From the NCBI RefSeq assembly GCF_009914755.1, contig NC_060939.1: 64,000 bases of DNA. The stretch is one strand, 5' to 3'. Shown piece by piece: positions 1-15,661 of this stretch. How positions within the stretch are numbered: position 1 is the stretch's first letter; each line of letters starts with the position of its first letter. The notes beneath the pieces are model-generated. The model had not been told where the DNA came from and did not search any database. It was given only the letters and a program-made list of their open reading frames with translations. A program made the translations under genes and the position numbers. The DNA is from the human T2T-CHM13v2.0 reference genome, Homo sapiens.

Positions 1-620
1 GTTTCTGAGATATATTCATGTATGTGTACATGAGAAATTCATACCTTTTTGAGTATTCTTTCACTGAACAAATATACCACAGTTTTGTCCACTCACCTTT
101 TCATGAAAAGTTGGCCTGTTTCTAGTTTGAAGCTATCTTGCATAAAGCTGCAATAAATATTCATGTACAAATATTTTTGTGGACATGTTTTCATTGCTCT
201 TGAATAAATATGCAGGAGTGAAATTGCTGAGCTGTACAGTAAGTGCATACTTTATAAGAAACTGTCAAACTTTTCCAAAATTGTTATCCCACTTTACACA
301 TTCCCCAGCAATGTGTAAACTCTAGAACCCCAGTTCTAGAGTTTCAGTTGTTGTACATCCTTGCCAACATTTGTCATAATGTCAATCTTCATCATTTTAC
401 CCATTCTTTTGGGTAGGTAGTGGTATATCATTGTAGCTTTAATTTCTATTTCCTTGACAACTAATGATGGTAAGCACTTTTTCATGACGTATTGGCTACC
501 TGTAGGTCTTCCTTATGTGAAGTGTCTGTTCAAGTCATTTGCCCATTTTGTATTGGTCTGCCTTATTTAGTAATAACTTTTATAGGAGTTCATATATTCT
601 GGATATACGTCCTTTGTTGT
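1..620 (-). mobile_element. Old L1M LINE 3'-region fragment
   Basis: Resembles reverse-strand L1 (gaaactgtcaaacttttcc, cattccccagcaatg, tgaagtgtctgttcaagt). Confidence 0.75.
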
Positions 621-639
621 TATGTGTGGATATTATACC

Positions 640-845
640 TGGGAATTCTGTTGCCACTCTGACCATGTGGAGAACTGGGCTCACATGCTGACATTAGCAG
701 GGCAGAATAACATCGTTGAGCTACCCTGTAACCCAACCTTGGAACCACCCTATTTCCATCTTGTTATGAGAGAAAGTAACTTTCCTTATTATTTGAGTAA
801 GATTTTCTGTAAAAGGACTCAAATATTGAGGTCCTTCTATTTCTA
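640..845 (+). mobile_element. MaLR (MLT1-like) LTR fragment
   Basis: cttgttatgagagaaagtaactttccttattattt resembles the MLT1 3' end; subfamily uncertain. Confidence 0.45.
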
Positions 846-1954
846 AACTTGCAAAATTATTAGTTTCTCAGTTTCACTCTATTCCTTATGAAGTATTCTG
901 TGCAGTGTCTATTCTTCCCTGTATTCCTTTTGATTTTGTTTTCATTCCTCTGATTTTATTTTCTTCCAGCTTACATTTCATCTCTTTCTGAGTTCTTACA
1001 TTTCTCTGCTTTGTAGCTTTTCCTCAAAGATATGGTTACTTCATTAAGTATTTCCCAATTTACAGCAAAATGTATATTTGAAAATTTCATCTTTTCCAGG
1101 CCAACATGGTTTCTGGAGCATGTATCCTATCTATGTTTTGCTGTTCTTCATTTTTTCCTATAAATTGAGCTTGTGCTAGTTCCCTTTATACTATTCATCA
1201 CTGAATAAGTAAGTTTCTTAGATTAGCTATGTGGGAGACATGAAGATGGGGTGAGCAAGGCTGTTTTCTGAAGGCTGGACGGTTTTCATAACAAAAGGCC
1301 CTCTTTTCTTCTGCTACTGCACAGATAGTCTATAAAAATAGTTTGTCCCCTCTTTTTCTCATTTTCCTGTTACATTTGCATAATTTCCAAAAAAGGTGAG
1401 CTTTTACATAGCCATGTTCATAGCCAAAGTCCTAATTTTATCATTAGTATTATCTTTATGTTTTTTCTAATGTATTCTACCCTTCATTAATGAAAGAATC
1501 ATCATTTTATTTGATATTATGCATTTTTGATTACATAAAAAATATATATATTTTTAAAATCCCAAGGTCTGAATACATTTTACAATCTTCCCTTATTCCC
1601 AAGACAACCTCCCCCTATACACAATAAAAAGCAGTCTAAATTATACCCCTGCAAAGCAAAACATACTCCTTGTAACAGTACACATATTATAATGTAATTT
1701 TGTTATATATCATTTTATGAACAAAAAGTTTCAGAAACATTTCTTTTACCATCAATAAATATCTTTTATGTGGTAGCTGAGATAGAAAGTCACATCAAAC
1801 CAGCAAGACTGTCAGAGAGTTATTTATAGTTCCCATTATTTCATTTTCTCAAATATCTTAAAAAGAGATAGCAAAGAGGCAAAGCAGAACAATATAAACC
1901 TTTCCATCTTGCCAAAATGATGAATAAGAGAACATATTATAATTATAAAAGTAC

Positions 1955-2125
1955 CTTGTTTGGTCTTCCAATCAATGGATTGTTTCCACATCGTCTATTG
2001 ATGATGTCGCGAATAAGATGCTTTTGGCCATTATATGTTGTTAGAATACTGATTTTGTCAGCAGGGTAACCAAGTAAACACATGTACATAAAAAGTGCTA
2101 CTACATATTCTGCCTCTCCAAGATT
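1955..2125 (-). CDS. AQR: AQR coding exon 21/21 (~aa 1200-1256, NLGEAEYV...[10 protein letters not shown]...RPNK)
   Basis: 171 nt, cag/AAT...AAG/gtactt, phase 0-0; RecA2; gene continues beyond base 1. Confidence 0.97.
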
Positions 2126-2427
2126 CTGTAATGCAAACATAATCAGACTGTGCATTCATTTGCTTTTGTTTCAATTTTATAGAGAAAATATCTCATCTAG
2201 ATAAGCAAAACTTGTTCACTTTGCACACTGCAAGAAGTGAAGACTTAGTAACTTGGATAAGTGAGTACCTTTCATAAAACTGAGGGATAATTTTATGCTA
2301 CATTAACAGTGATAAATACAAACTTTTAATTTGCAATACATGGAACAATCCTAAAATAAAACTTACCAACTTAAAGGCTTAATATTCCTAAGACCATAAC
2401 AATCACAATATAGATTAATACTATTCT

Positions 2428-2729
2428 GGCCAGGCATGGTAGCTCACATCTGTAATCCCAGCACTTGGGGAGGCCAAGGCAGACAGATCACTTGAGTCCA
2501 GGAGTTTGAGACCAGCCTGGACAACATGGTGAAACCCTGTCTCTACTAAAAATACAAAAATTAGCTGGGCATGGTGGTGCATGCCTATAGTCTCAGCTAC
2601 TCTGGAGACTGAGGTGGGGGGATCGCTTAAGCTTGGGAGGCAGAGGTTGTGGCGAGCTTCAATCGTGCCTCTGCACTCCAGCCTGGTGACAAAGTGAGAT
2701 CTCATCTCCAAAAAAAAAAAAAAAAAAAA
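2428..2729 (+). mobile_element. Alu
   Basis: ggccaggc start, dimer with A-rich linker, poly(A) tail. Confidence 0.95.
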
Positions 2730-4049
2730 TTCTATACAATGTGCCACAACTGTAGTTACACAGACACAAAACTATAAAGGAACAAAGTAACTAAGAAGCC
2801 AATACAATACCCAGTTTAATAGCAAATACACCTAGCAGTATTATAATTGACTCAATTTTTGCACAGTGCTTTTCCTCCTTCCTCATGTTTCTTAATGTTT
2901 TTTGTATGCTTTGTTTCTGTTCTCTGCGTAATGGTTGTCACTTCTACTAGATCACTTTAGGTGGGATGAGGATGTGACCGCAAATTGGTCAGTCTGGTTT
3001 ACTGTTAAATTACAGACTAGAAAGGAGCTTAAAACTAAGGCTTATTCAACTTAAAGGTGAGGAACCACACACAAAGCTCTTTGGTCCAGTTCAGTAGAGA
3101 CTAAATCCAAAGTACTAGATGAAAGAAGAAAGTAAAATAAGAATATAAACACAATATTTAAAAAAAAAAAAAAAGGAAGCTGGATTTCATGCAAAGGCAA
3201 CCGAAAGATTACTGGAAGACTTCTAAAAATATCATTTATATTCTGGTTCTTTGTGACGCACAGCTTGAGTTACAAGTTCATTTAAGTTTTCTAGTTCTTT
3301 AACACTGCCCAATTTGGTACTTTGCCCAAAGGTTAGACATGAAGCATTAACAATAAAACAACATGAACTGTATTGTGACCAAACATTTTAGAACTCGCTC
3401 CAAATGAGTCAAGTCCCCTTCAAATTAGTGACTTTTATTCATTTATCCACCTAGTCTTTCCCTCTCGACACTAATTCTTCAAATGTTATCACTTAAATGC
3501 ATAGTATTCTTATTTTGGGGGACAGTGTTTTCAACTCTCCAGAAATATATTTAATAGTGGCAAATCATCATCTGAAAATATATTTATTTCTTGAATCGCT
3601 AAAAACTCATCTAGAGTTAGGCTTAATGAATAAGAAAAACAGGTAACCAATCTGGATAAAAATGTTTCAATCAATACTACAGTATGACTCAGGCAATGAA
3701 ACTGACTCAAAGAAGAAATTCCAAAAAACCAATATGTAATGAAAACATCAGTTGATTACTGATAGAATAATTAATTTCTAAGGTGGCTATTAGGAAACAT
3801 CACTGATTTGAACTAGGTTCTAATATTTTTAAAGTTATCATTTAAAGGTCACATCTGTTCTCAGGCATTAAGTACACAAATAGAGTAACTTGATTTAATA
3901 TAACCAAATATTTGGAGGGACAATAAGATCTGCATGAGTTACATCTATGCATACACATTTAAGCTGATGATAAATGATGCTTTTTCATGAATAACTCAAG
4001 ATCTCTAATTTGTATAACAACCTATATTGGATATTTTGCTGTAAAGAGA

Positions 4050-4960
4050 GAGAGAAAAAAAGAAAAAAATTAAAATAACCCCAAATGCTACCAACCAAAG
4101 ACTATATTTTGATGTATATGCTGCCAGGTCATTTTGTATAGATTATCTGTATGTATTTCTATATGTATGTATTGCAGCTCCTTTTTAAAATGAGATACTG
4201 TAGATATACTTTGCAACTTTTTTCCACTTAATATAGCATAAACATTCTTCCTGTTAGTAAATACAATGTTATCATTCTTAGTGGCTATCTAGTATTTCTT
4301 TTATATGGAATATGTAATAATGCAATTAATCCCTACTGACAGATATTTGGGTTGTTTCTCATTTCCAGAATAATTTGCAGTGATGAACATGAAGCATACA
4401 AGTCTTTCCAAACTTGCCCAATTATTTTTTTAGGATAAATTCCTAGATGTGAGAACATTGCTTTTCATACATGCTGACAATTTGTCCACCAAATTATTTT
4501 CCTACTAGCATTGTATGAGAATAAAGTTTCCCCAAACCTATCCCAACACTGAGCATTGTTATAGAAGTGAAAATGTAATTCAGTGATTTATACTTGTTAT
4601 AAAATATGAATTGCATATTCATATTTTCCTGTTAGTCTTGATTTTTTAAAACAATTTATGAGTTCTATAAATATATTCAGAATTCAACTTGTTTGTTAAA
4701 TATTGAAATAAATTTTAAATACTGAAAATAAATCTTTTCTCCAATCGCTATTTTTCTTTATGATTTCTGCTTTTGTAACAAGCTTAGGAAGACCTTTCTC
4801 ACTCCAACACTGTATATTCATTAATATTTTCTTCTAGTAGTTTCTAGTTTGTTTAGTTTCTTTAGTGCATGTATTTTTAATCAATCTGAAATCGATTTTT
4901 CATATGCTATGTGTAAGGTGGGGTTCCAACTTTCCTTTTCTCAACGGCCAAATGGTTAAG
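4050..4960 (-). mobile_element. Degenerate L1ME-like fragment
   Basis: taggataaattcctaga, tagcattgtatgagaat-type L1 motifs. Confidence 0.55.
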
Positions 4961-5030
4961 TATCACTGATTTAGGCATATGTCAGCCAGCAAATGCAAAA
5001 TAAACTTATAAGCTTCCTATTTTTTCTTAC

Positions 5031-5202
5031 CTGATAGAAGTAAGGATTAGGTTCAGATTCTCCCACTCCTTGAAAATCTTCAACATTAATGAGCTGGAAG
5101 TCATACAGTAAGCCAGCATTTGCTGTACTAAACTCTGGCAAGAGCTGCACATGGGGTAAGTTTCCTAGATTCTTGTATCGCCAGTTGTAGAGGTTGCACA
5201 AG
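5031..5202 (-). CDS. AQR: AQR coding exon 20/21 (~aa 1142-1199, LCNLYNWRY...PYFYQ)
   Basis: 172 nt, aag/C...CAG/gtaaga, phase 2-0. Confidence 0.95.
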
Positions 5203-5879
5203 CTTTCCAAAGACAAATTCCCCCACAAACAGAAAATATTAGCAGTGTAAAATCTCTTTTAATATACATAAGGAGGTTTCTGTTTCTGTGCTTCTTTTAA
5301 ATTTTCATGTTAGCCATTTTGGCTCATCTTTTAAGCAATAATGCTCTTTCAACCTTAGCTTCCCTACTTCAAGTAACCAAGGGTCAGAAGACTGAAGGTA
5401 CTACAAAAATGAGAGTTCTATTACGCTCTCTGAGGTCAATGCTATCTTTATCCCTTAAATTAAAAAATCAAGGAAGACTAAAAATTGAGGACATTTGGGG
5501 GTAACTATGAGATGGGGCCTGCATCCTTTATGAAGTAAGAATTGGTGTGTTCTCCTCTTGTTCACTTTATTTTTAGATTTTAAAATTATATTAACTGTAT
5601 ATCTTTTGGGGACATGAAGAAAGGAGAAGGGACAATGAAAAGAAGCCTTTAGATTATAAGTTACTTAAATTAATATTAATGAATGAAATGAAGGAAATAA
5701 ATTATTTGGTCCATTCACATCTCTTGCAGAAGTCGACAAAAGTGCTTTTGGATTTATGGATAGCCAAGTTCCTGGATAGCCAAGAATGCTAATAGTCTAC
5801 ACAAAAGCTATTCACAAATACTTGGATCATGGAACAAATGTCCTTAAATGGGAATGATTTTTTTTCCTGTCTCTTTTAC

Positions 5880-6067
5880 CTTGCTCTGGCTCTCCCTTGA
5901 GCATCAAGGTCAACAGTCGGAACTCCAACGCGAACAAAGCGAGTGAAGAGAGACTGCTCCATGTTTGAGTACTTTTGAAAGGCCATGTTCTTAATAACTG
6001 GAGGTAACTGGTGATGATCGCCAATCATAATCCATCGTTTTAGTCGGCTAAATCCATCCTGAGGATT
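5880..6067 (-). CDS. AQR: AQR coding exon 19/21 (~aa 1080-1142; motif [21 protein letters not shown])
   Basis: 188 nt, tag/AAT...AG/gtaaaa, phase 0-2. Confidence 0.97.
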
Positions 6068-7137
6068 CTAGAAATGAAAAGTAAGGAAATGGCAAAATAC
6101 TCTATTATCCTCTTGTCTCCAATTTATTACCCGAGAGACTCAGTCTTCATCAAACAGCTTCCTTATCTTACAAATTACCAAACTTTACCAGCTCCACAAA
6201 CAGGAGTCTAGCAAATTTACAGAACAATTTGTGAACCAATTATGGACGTTATTGCTCCTGGGTGACAGTGGGTGAGGGAGAATGGAGGTATTTAGAAGGC
6301 AAGCATGGAATTACCCTACTTTAATAGGCAGGGTAATCCAAAGAAGGCTGGAAGGATTAGGTCAGGCATTAGGTAACGAGCACACAGAAAGAAACAGAAG
6401 CCCAAGAAGAGAAATGGAAAGATGCGAAATAAACATGTTTCACAATTAGCTGAGGACCAATTCTGAACCCACCAAAGCAGTAAAAACTACCTTCTTTAAT
6501 TATCTACACTACTACTTCAATTTCCTACTCTATATGTCTCCTAGTTCCTTGAAACATATCCTGATAGAATACATTCCAAGTTCCAAGTAGCTTCACTTAT
6601 AAAAACAACTTCTGGAACTCAATTTATCTGCATATTAGAGTGGTCTCTATCCTTAAGTTGGGAATTCCACATTTTGTTTTTAATGCTTCAATAGTAAAGA
6701 ATATTTTACAGTAAAAAAATTCTTAAATAGCACAATTTAGCTCAAAAACTTAGGCATAAAGAAAAGCAATGCACTCAGTGAAAATGAAAAAAATAATTCT
6801 ACAAACAATTATAACAAAAGAAATGAAGAAACAGCTCATCTTCCCACCAAACTGCACAACAATGTAATTTTCTTGATTAAAATTACTAAATCTTTTCAAA
6901 ACTACAGAAATAGACTATGAAATTTTAAATAGTACTTCTCGAAGCAAAACAACTACTAAATAGCCAGTGAATAGATTCAAGAAAGTTTACAGGCTTAAAA
7001 TAGAATACCAAACATAATGAAGTTAAGGAAAATACATAACTATGGCAATCAGCACACCCAAACTGTACAACTTTCTGATGCTGTCCTCAGCATTCTTAGA
7101 ACTCTATTTTCTTTGCCTCAGATCTTATATTTCTTAC

Positions 7138-7209
7138 CTGTAGAAGAAGAGGGATAAAAGTTTCTATCTCCAGAATCTGAGCAGCCTCTTCCATCAAAAT
7201 GTTGTCATA
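7138..7209 (-). CDS. AQR: AQR coding exon 18/21 (~aa 1056-1079; Walker B/motif [10 protein letters not shown])
   Basis: 72 nt, tag/TAT...CAG/gtaaga, phase 0-0. Confidence 0.96.
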
Positions 7210-7639
7210 CTAAGAAAGAGGAAATCTTGTCATAAAGACAGCTTAAAAGTCAAACAACTACCATCATAAACATAATCATCAAAAAAACCCCAAATAATTT
7301 CTGATAAAAACGACATACAAATTATTCAGACAGATAAAAATAACAACATACACATTATTCAAACAGAAACTTCATGGTCTTACTTATCATTATGCCTCTG
7401 CATTTCCAATTCAAGTATTTGACTTCAGGAAAGCCGCCTAAATATACAACTTTACATTGAAAAGATCTTGTATATCATTTCTTGAATTGCAATGCCAGTT
7501 TGGTTCTTTTCAATTTAGTTCTTTATTTCTACATCAGAAAGCATCAATTTATAATTATATATGAAGTCTTTCCCTTTGGTACTCTTACTCTGGTAGCATT
7601 TTGGGATAATTTTTTTTCCTATATGAATCCTACCCATCA

Positions 7640-8310
7640 CAACAATTCACTTCAGTCTCACCCCTGGGCATTCAATCCATCACCAGAGCATGTCAATTTT
7701 ACCTTCAAAACTCTTGAGTCTATTCATTTTTCTTTATTTCTACCAGCACTACCACTCTAAAAATCCAAGCCACCACTATGACTACGGATAGCAAACTCCT
7801 TACTAGTTCCTCCTCTTCCTGTCTTGACTCCTCTAAGGCACTTATACAACTCCTTATTTCAAATCCTTCACACCACTGTTTAAGTGAAAAAAATCCCTCA
7901 ATATTGCCAGCAAGGATGTATTTACCAAGAACCTATATTCAATCTAGTCCCTGACTTCCTCTTGTACTTTATCTTTCTCCTTACTCACTAAGCTTCAACC
8001 ACAATGACCCATTTCAGTTTGTTGGAAATGGCAAAACCTTCCCTGCCTCAGGCCCTTTGCACATGCTATTCTCTTCACTTTTAGTCTAGTTGGTTCTTTC
8101 TCATCCTTAAAATATCAGCTTAAAAGCCACTTTATCTAGGCCTTCTGTGACTTCCCAATCTAAAACTGATCTCAAAGTACTGAAGTACTGTTCTTTTGTC
8201 TTCCAGACCTACACAATTTGTAATTATATCTGTATATTTACTTGTTTAATGTATCTTTTCCGTAGCCCAGTTCCCAGTAATGTTAGGTATTACACATTTG
8301 TAAAAGAATG
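7640..8310 (+). mobile_element. L2 fragment
   Basis: cctcaggccctttgcacatgctattc and other L2 3' motifs. Confidence 0.65.
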
Positions 8311-9169
8311 AAAAATCAAGTCTTTCTAAAACATGAGAAAATTTCATTCCTTCTTCGATAATTACTACTGTTCTATCTGTCCAATTCTCATTTAGATCTA
8401 TTATCAATATGTTTTATCTTTCCTATTCACATCTAATTCTGATCGCTACTTAGTATGACATCTTGTTTTGGTACAATACCTTCTTCTTGAATCTAAGTAC
8501 ACATTAGAGTTCTGTTGCTTTCTGTTTTTAAAGATTTCTCCCATTATTTTATTTTCCAGGGAGGTGGGAGATGGGGAGAGCATATTTACTCTGAATGTTT
8601 GATTAACTCTCCTCTTTTAAAGTTATGGTTCAATCCTGGACTGTTATTGAAACTACTTGAAGGTGTAGGCATTTCCCTATTATAATGATTAGGTCATTTT
8701 TGTGGGAGCTGAACAGAAGGAGGAATTCAAACTCTCACATTTTCTAAGAAGTCCCTGTGTAGACTCTCAAGATAACAGGTATAATATGCAAAACAGAGTG
8801 GGGGCAACTCAAAAGGAGATAGCTTAAAAAGACCGCTTTCTGAAAATCAATTCTGAAAATATAATGCAATTTTACTTATAAAAACATATTTACAGATTTT
8901 GTTTTTTAAAATACAGATTTTAATTCCAAAGCAAAATTATCACTACTTTAGCTACTTGCTCCATGTATTTATTAGTCAGATCATTCATTCAACCCTTACT
9001 AATCTCTACCAACATATTACATGTTGGGTTGGCACTTGATGCTGCAGGCCAGGGACCAGGCTAGGAGCTAGTCTTTGTGAACTTTCAAAGGATTCCTAAA
9101 TTCTACAGCCACCGTTACCAGTTCCACGGTTCTTTAATGGATTATAGCTGCTAGGATAGGGTCAGGGTG

Positions 9170-9740
<571 letters not shown>

Positions 9741-9768
9741 TTGTTCATTTTTGTTATCATTCTGATAC

Positions 9769-10250
<482 letters not shown>

Positions 10251-10367
10251 TCAACAAAATACAAATTGAAACAAGTGATAGACTTCTGTTAAAAGGTGAT
10301 GAACTGAACACATAATGATCACCACTATCTCTGGAAACCCCCTAAAATAACACTTGACATTATATAG

Positions 10368-10892
10368 TGAAATTGTATCCCAAAGAGTTAAAGAAACCAG
10401 CAACTAACAGAAATCCTTGAGTTTACAGGATGATAGATAAGAAAAGAAACAACTTGCTGCAAAGCTGAAACTTCCTTTGCTTCTAAGATAATAAAACTGG
10501 CTGAAACTGGCTGGAACCAATATAGCCAACTAGAGTGAGCGCAGAATGAGCTTGCTTACGTCACAACCCAAATTTCTACCATGTTTCATGTTATCTCCTC
10601 TAGAATCTACACATGCCATCCAAGAGGTAGCATGAAGAGAGAACTGCGCATGCTTGAAGATTTTCCAGACCCCTTTCCTTCCACCAATCGCTTACTAATC
10701 CCAGAATCCACCCCCTGTATATTTTCTAATAAAATTACTGCCTTAAAGCCAGCATGGGGACATAGATTTGAGCTTGACTATGTTCTTCTCATGAGTCAAC
10801 TTGTAATAGGAGCTTTTTTTTCCCTCAAAAACCTGGTGTTAGAGTATTGGCTTCTAGTGCACTGAGCAGCGAGCCCCTTTTGCTTGGTAACA
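10368..10892 (+). mobile_element. Solo ERV1 LTR (MER67/MER4-group-like)
   Basis: TG...CA termini with 4-bp TSD ATAG (10364-67 and 10893-96); family name from memory. Confidence 0.8.
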
Positions 10893-11149
10893 ATAGGAAT
10901 GGTTTAAAGAGGCAATTAGACTTCCCCACTTCAAGGAACCAAACGAAATGTCCCTTCTCTCTCACCCCCAATAGACAACAGGTTTAGTGTCTGGAGAGGA
11001 TCTTGGAACTTGGAGAAAGCAGGCAGAGTTAAGAGGGTGGGATCAGAAATGAGCACCACACAGAAAGTGGGAATTATGTCAAAAGTCTGTGTACAAAACT
11101 GAATGTGGAGAAGTCTGGCTCTCTTTCTCCATCCATCTCCCACAACCCA

Positions 11150-11900
11150 GGGACCCAGGAAAGTAAGAGTCCTCTTTATCCCTTCGTATCCCTAAGACTT
11201 ATCACTGAAATTTCAGAACTCTAGGGACAAAGAAAAGATTATAGGGCTTCCTGACAGAACAAAAATGTAAAACAAAATACATTTAAAATCACGGCTTTGG
11301 GCTTCTGAACAGCTACACTGGAAGACAGAGAAAACGGAACAATTCTTCAAAATTCTGAAGAAAAATTATTTCCAATCTAGAAATCTATACCTAGCCATAA
11401 TAACTAAATGTGAGAGTAGATTAAAAACAGTTTTTGGACATGGAAAGTCTTAAAAATATTACCTCCTATGCATCCTTTCACATGAAAGATACGGGAGGAT
11501 GTATTCTACTAAAATACAGAAGAGAAAGACACAGAATGCCCAAAACACAGAATCTGACATATGAGAAAGGCAAAGGCCTTTACAATGGATGCAATGTGAA
11601 CTGAAATAGGTCAGGAGTATCTAGGAGAGAGATCTCCAAAAACATGTATGGGATGTGTCTAAATGTACTAAGAAAATATTTAAAAACTAAACACAGTTTT
11701 GGGTTGAATTGGTGGTAAAAACAGAAAACTAAACAAACAAAAAAGGCGAAAATCATTAATTCCAGAAAGAAAAAAAAATTGTGCATGAAAGGACAACTAA
11801 TCATGGTATATTCCCCCTGCTTGGATGTGAAAGTGTTCATGTGTTAATAATGATGTAAACACCCCAAAGTGAGCAAACCAAAGTTACGACATAACTATAT
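11150..11900 (+). mobile_element. Old L1M ORF1-region fragment
   Basis: aaaattctgaagaaaaattatttccaatctagaaatctatacctagcc is typical of the L1 ORF1 end. Confidence 0.6.
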
Positions 11901-13001
11901 TGGGAGCATTAAGGAAGGAAAGGTGCACGCACACATGCATGAATGTGTGTCTATTTGTCCTTTGGGTGAGCACAGAATCAAAAGACAATGCCTAAAATGG
12001 AAATTTACCATTCTTGACTGATATAGATGAAAAGGACAAAATCTAAAAGAGTCGAAGGACTGGATAAATGGGACGGATGAGCAGAGTGGGGGACTGCCTT
12101 TTTTTGTTAAGTGGACCTACAAGGTTTTTAAAACTCTTAAGTGTGATAAAAATAAAACTTCAAAATCAAAAATATAGAAAACCTATTAGCACTCATGCTA
12201 ACTACCCGTTGACGTGTAGCATGATTTAAATGTAGAAAATGACTACTGAAAGTTTGATAAGTAGTATTCTTTAGAACACAGGCAAAAGCTCCATGAAAGC
12301 AAAAAATGTTAATTATGGTTGCATTATTTTCCCTTGTTATTAAGCTATGATTTAATATCAAAGTATATTTTATATGTCAGCCCCAAGAACAAAACATTTA
12401 GGTGAAAAATTCTCACTAATAATTTGCAAAAGGGTAAGTTCACACCACTGGGGTACATTCACACTACCTTTTAATAAATTGTCGTATTTGTCCTACCTTG
12501 CAGCTGAGGAACCTTGCATCCAAGATAACAATTTCATCACCTTGAATTTATTTAGCGCCTATCTTTCAGTGAGCTCACAACATTTTAAAATTGTCAGTTA
12601 CTTTAATCAACAAGTGAATTACTAATTTTTAATTCAAACCCATATACAGAACTCTGTTTTAAACAACAGACAAACCAGTTGCAGGAAAGTTAAATGACTG
12701 TATTAAAATCTAAGTTCAGATCAGTATCACTAGCAAAGTCACAAAAAATTTGCAAATTCAAATTTACTGCTCAATCATTACTTTCCACTTCAAGTGAGTC
12801 ACAGATTAACAGGTTATTTTGTACTCCTGTTTTTATCATATGATGAAACCATTTTAATATCTCATTTTGCAGTCTAAGAGTATTCCATATCCTCATATGA
12901 AAGGCTTTTCATTTGCTAAGTACACAAATAACTGGAATGGTTGTATGTTTAATATGTGAATAATCTAAGCATACAGATGTCTAATAGATGAAAACCACTT
13001 T

Positions 13002-13308
<307 letters not shown>

Positions 13309-13704
13309 GAAAACCATTTTGAAATGTTCTTTTTATAGCTTTTACTTCTGTTTGGAGATATTTTTATTATTACTATTTTTTTAATTAGGTGAATTTTAGG
13401 CTTTTTTCATAAGCTTTATTTGGAGATTTTTAAATAAGTGATACTCAGTAAAAATAAAACTTTAACAAGTATGAGAATTTGGTCAGACAACCATATGGTT
13501 ATAACATTACCTAATGGACATATTACTAACAACTAGATTTAGAAAAATTAGATTCAGAGTTCACTAATCATGTAAACAAGGGATATTATCATCCACTTAT
13601 AAAAGAAACATTTTAAGGTAATTATAAATACGAACTTCATAAGAAGTGAGCCAATCTCTGATAATCTTAAAAAAAAAAAAAAAAAAACTACCATAAGTCT
13701 TTAC

Positions 13705-13842
13705 CTTGAAACCTAGCTTGACCAAGTCATGTCGTTTTAAGGCAGCATGAGTACAGGTCATAGCAATAATTTTGGCTTCTTTCACTAAAAGGTATTTAGA
13801 TCTGTCCAGTCCACTTCGAAGCAATTCAGAGGCTCTGAATTC
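13705..13842 (-). CDS. AQR: AQR coding exon 17/21 (~aa 1010-1055, EFRASELL...IIAMTCT...LGFK)
   Basis: 138 nt, tag/GAA...AAG/gtaaag, phase 0-0. Confidence 0.97.
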
Positions 13843-14114
13843 CTATGGAAACGAGGAGCAATGAAAGATAATTTTAGGAAAACGGAGTTTTGCACATAAC
13901 CATACAATCCAGTCAGACTTAATTCCTGAGAAATTAACATAAATATATTATAAACTAAGCCTAATGAATTATAATTCTGTTCATTATGATTTCGGTACTA
14001 ATTGAGTTTAAATAATAGCTGATATAAAAGTTATAATTCAAACTTTTTTGTATGTAACGTAAAATATGTACTATATAAACAAGAATACTGAATAAAATTC
14101 AGTGATCATTGTAC

Positions 14115-14560
14115 CTGTATTACTCAACGTCCCTCCAGGAAAATAGAAATGATTTCAGGTATTCATATCAAAGGAAATTTTAGCAAGAAACTGGTTATAT
14201 AAGTGATAGAGGAACTATAAAGGTAATGTAACATAGAAATTAGAGACAGCAGCAGTCACTATCATCCCTAGACTAGAAAGAATAAAGGTAGGAAGTGGTA
14301 TTATCAGAGCCCAGGGACTGTAGTCACACAAAAAAGCTGGAACCACAAGTTTTTCCAGCAGAAACTGGAATCATGAAAGAGATGAAACCCAAGGCAGAGG
14401 GAACTGATGAAGAAATACCTTGGCACTCTCTCATCGGCTATACTAAGCAAGAAGTCAGCTGACATAGGAAGCTGGGAAATTAAACCTGCAAGGATAAGCC
14501 AGAACATCAACCATGGCAGAGGATCCCCAACAGAGCAGAAAAGAGTATGGAAAAACAAAA
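14115..14560. mobile_element. Probable ancient ERVL-type LTR fragment
   Basis: tgtattactca...ccaggaaaatagaaa...aactggttata resembles ERVL LTR ends; subfamily uncertain. Confidence 0.4.
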
Positions 14561-15327
14561 AACATTTGTTTTTTAAATAATTAAAATATTACACATATAG
14601 GTGAGGTACCCTGTATAACCTTCTGCCTACTCCCTCCCAAGGCAGCTATTATTATGAATTGAGTATGTTTTTATCCTTTTACTTTGTGTTTATGTAACCA
14701 TAAACATAATACATTTATTATTCTGTACCTACCATCCATCCACTCAACCATATACATTTCAATATTTACTGAACATATACTACATATCTGATACTGTTCT
14801 AGGAAGTAGGTATGTAATCACATCTAAAAGATACAAAGACAAGAAACAATGTCCCTGACCTTTCTACCTGAAAGTGTAATCCTAAATTTTCTTACTGAGG
14901 AGTCTGAGCCTGAATATGATCCCTTTATAGGACCGCTGTAATTTTTCAATGATGTTTGCTATCTATTTTTGCAATGATGATTCTGCAATGATGTGGCAAA
15001 AACTAGGAGACATATCCAGGGGGCACTGGGTTCCAGACATATTCTCTGTTCCCATTGTGTAGCTATGACTCATTTCACTTTAATAATCAGAATCAATCAT
15101 CCTGGCTACTACAGCAACCCCACTATTTTACTGATCAAGAGGCATACAGGACTTAGAATGGCCACATGGCAGTCTCAAATTCCAGTTCAAAGAACCATTA
15201 TTGAATTTCTTGACGGAAGCATTCCTTTCTCAAAAATACTAAGACCTTTACATCAGGAAAGCCAGAATAAGGATCCAATTTATACCTTACTTAAAATTAA
15301 TCTAATTTCTAAGATTTGAATATTTTG

Positions 15328-15661
<334 letters not shown>

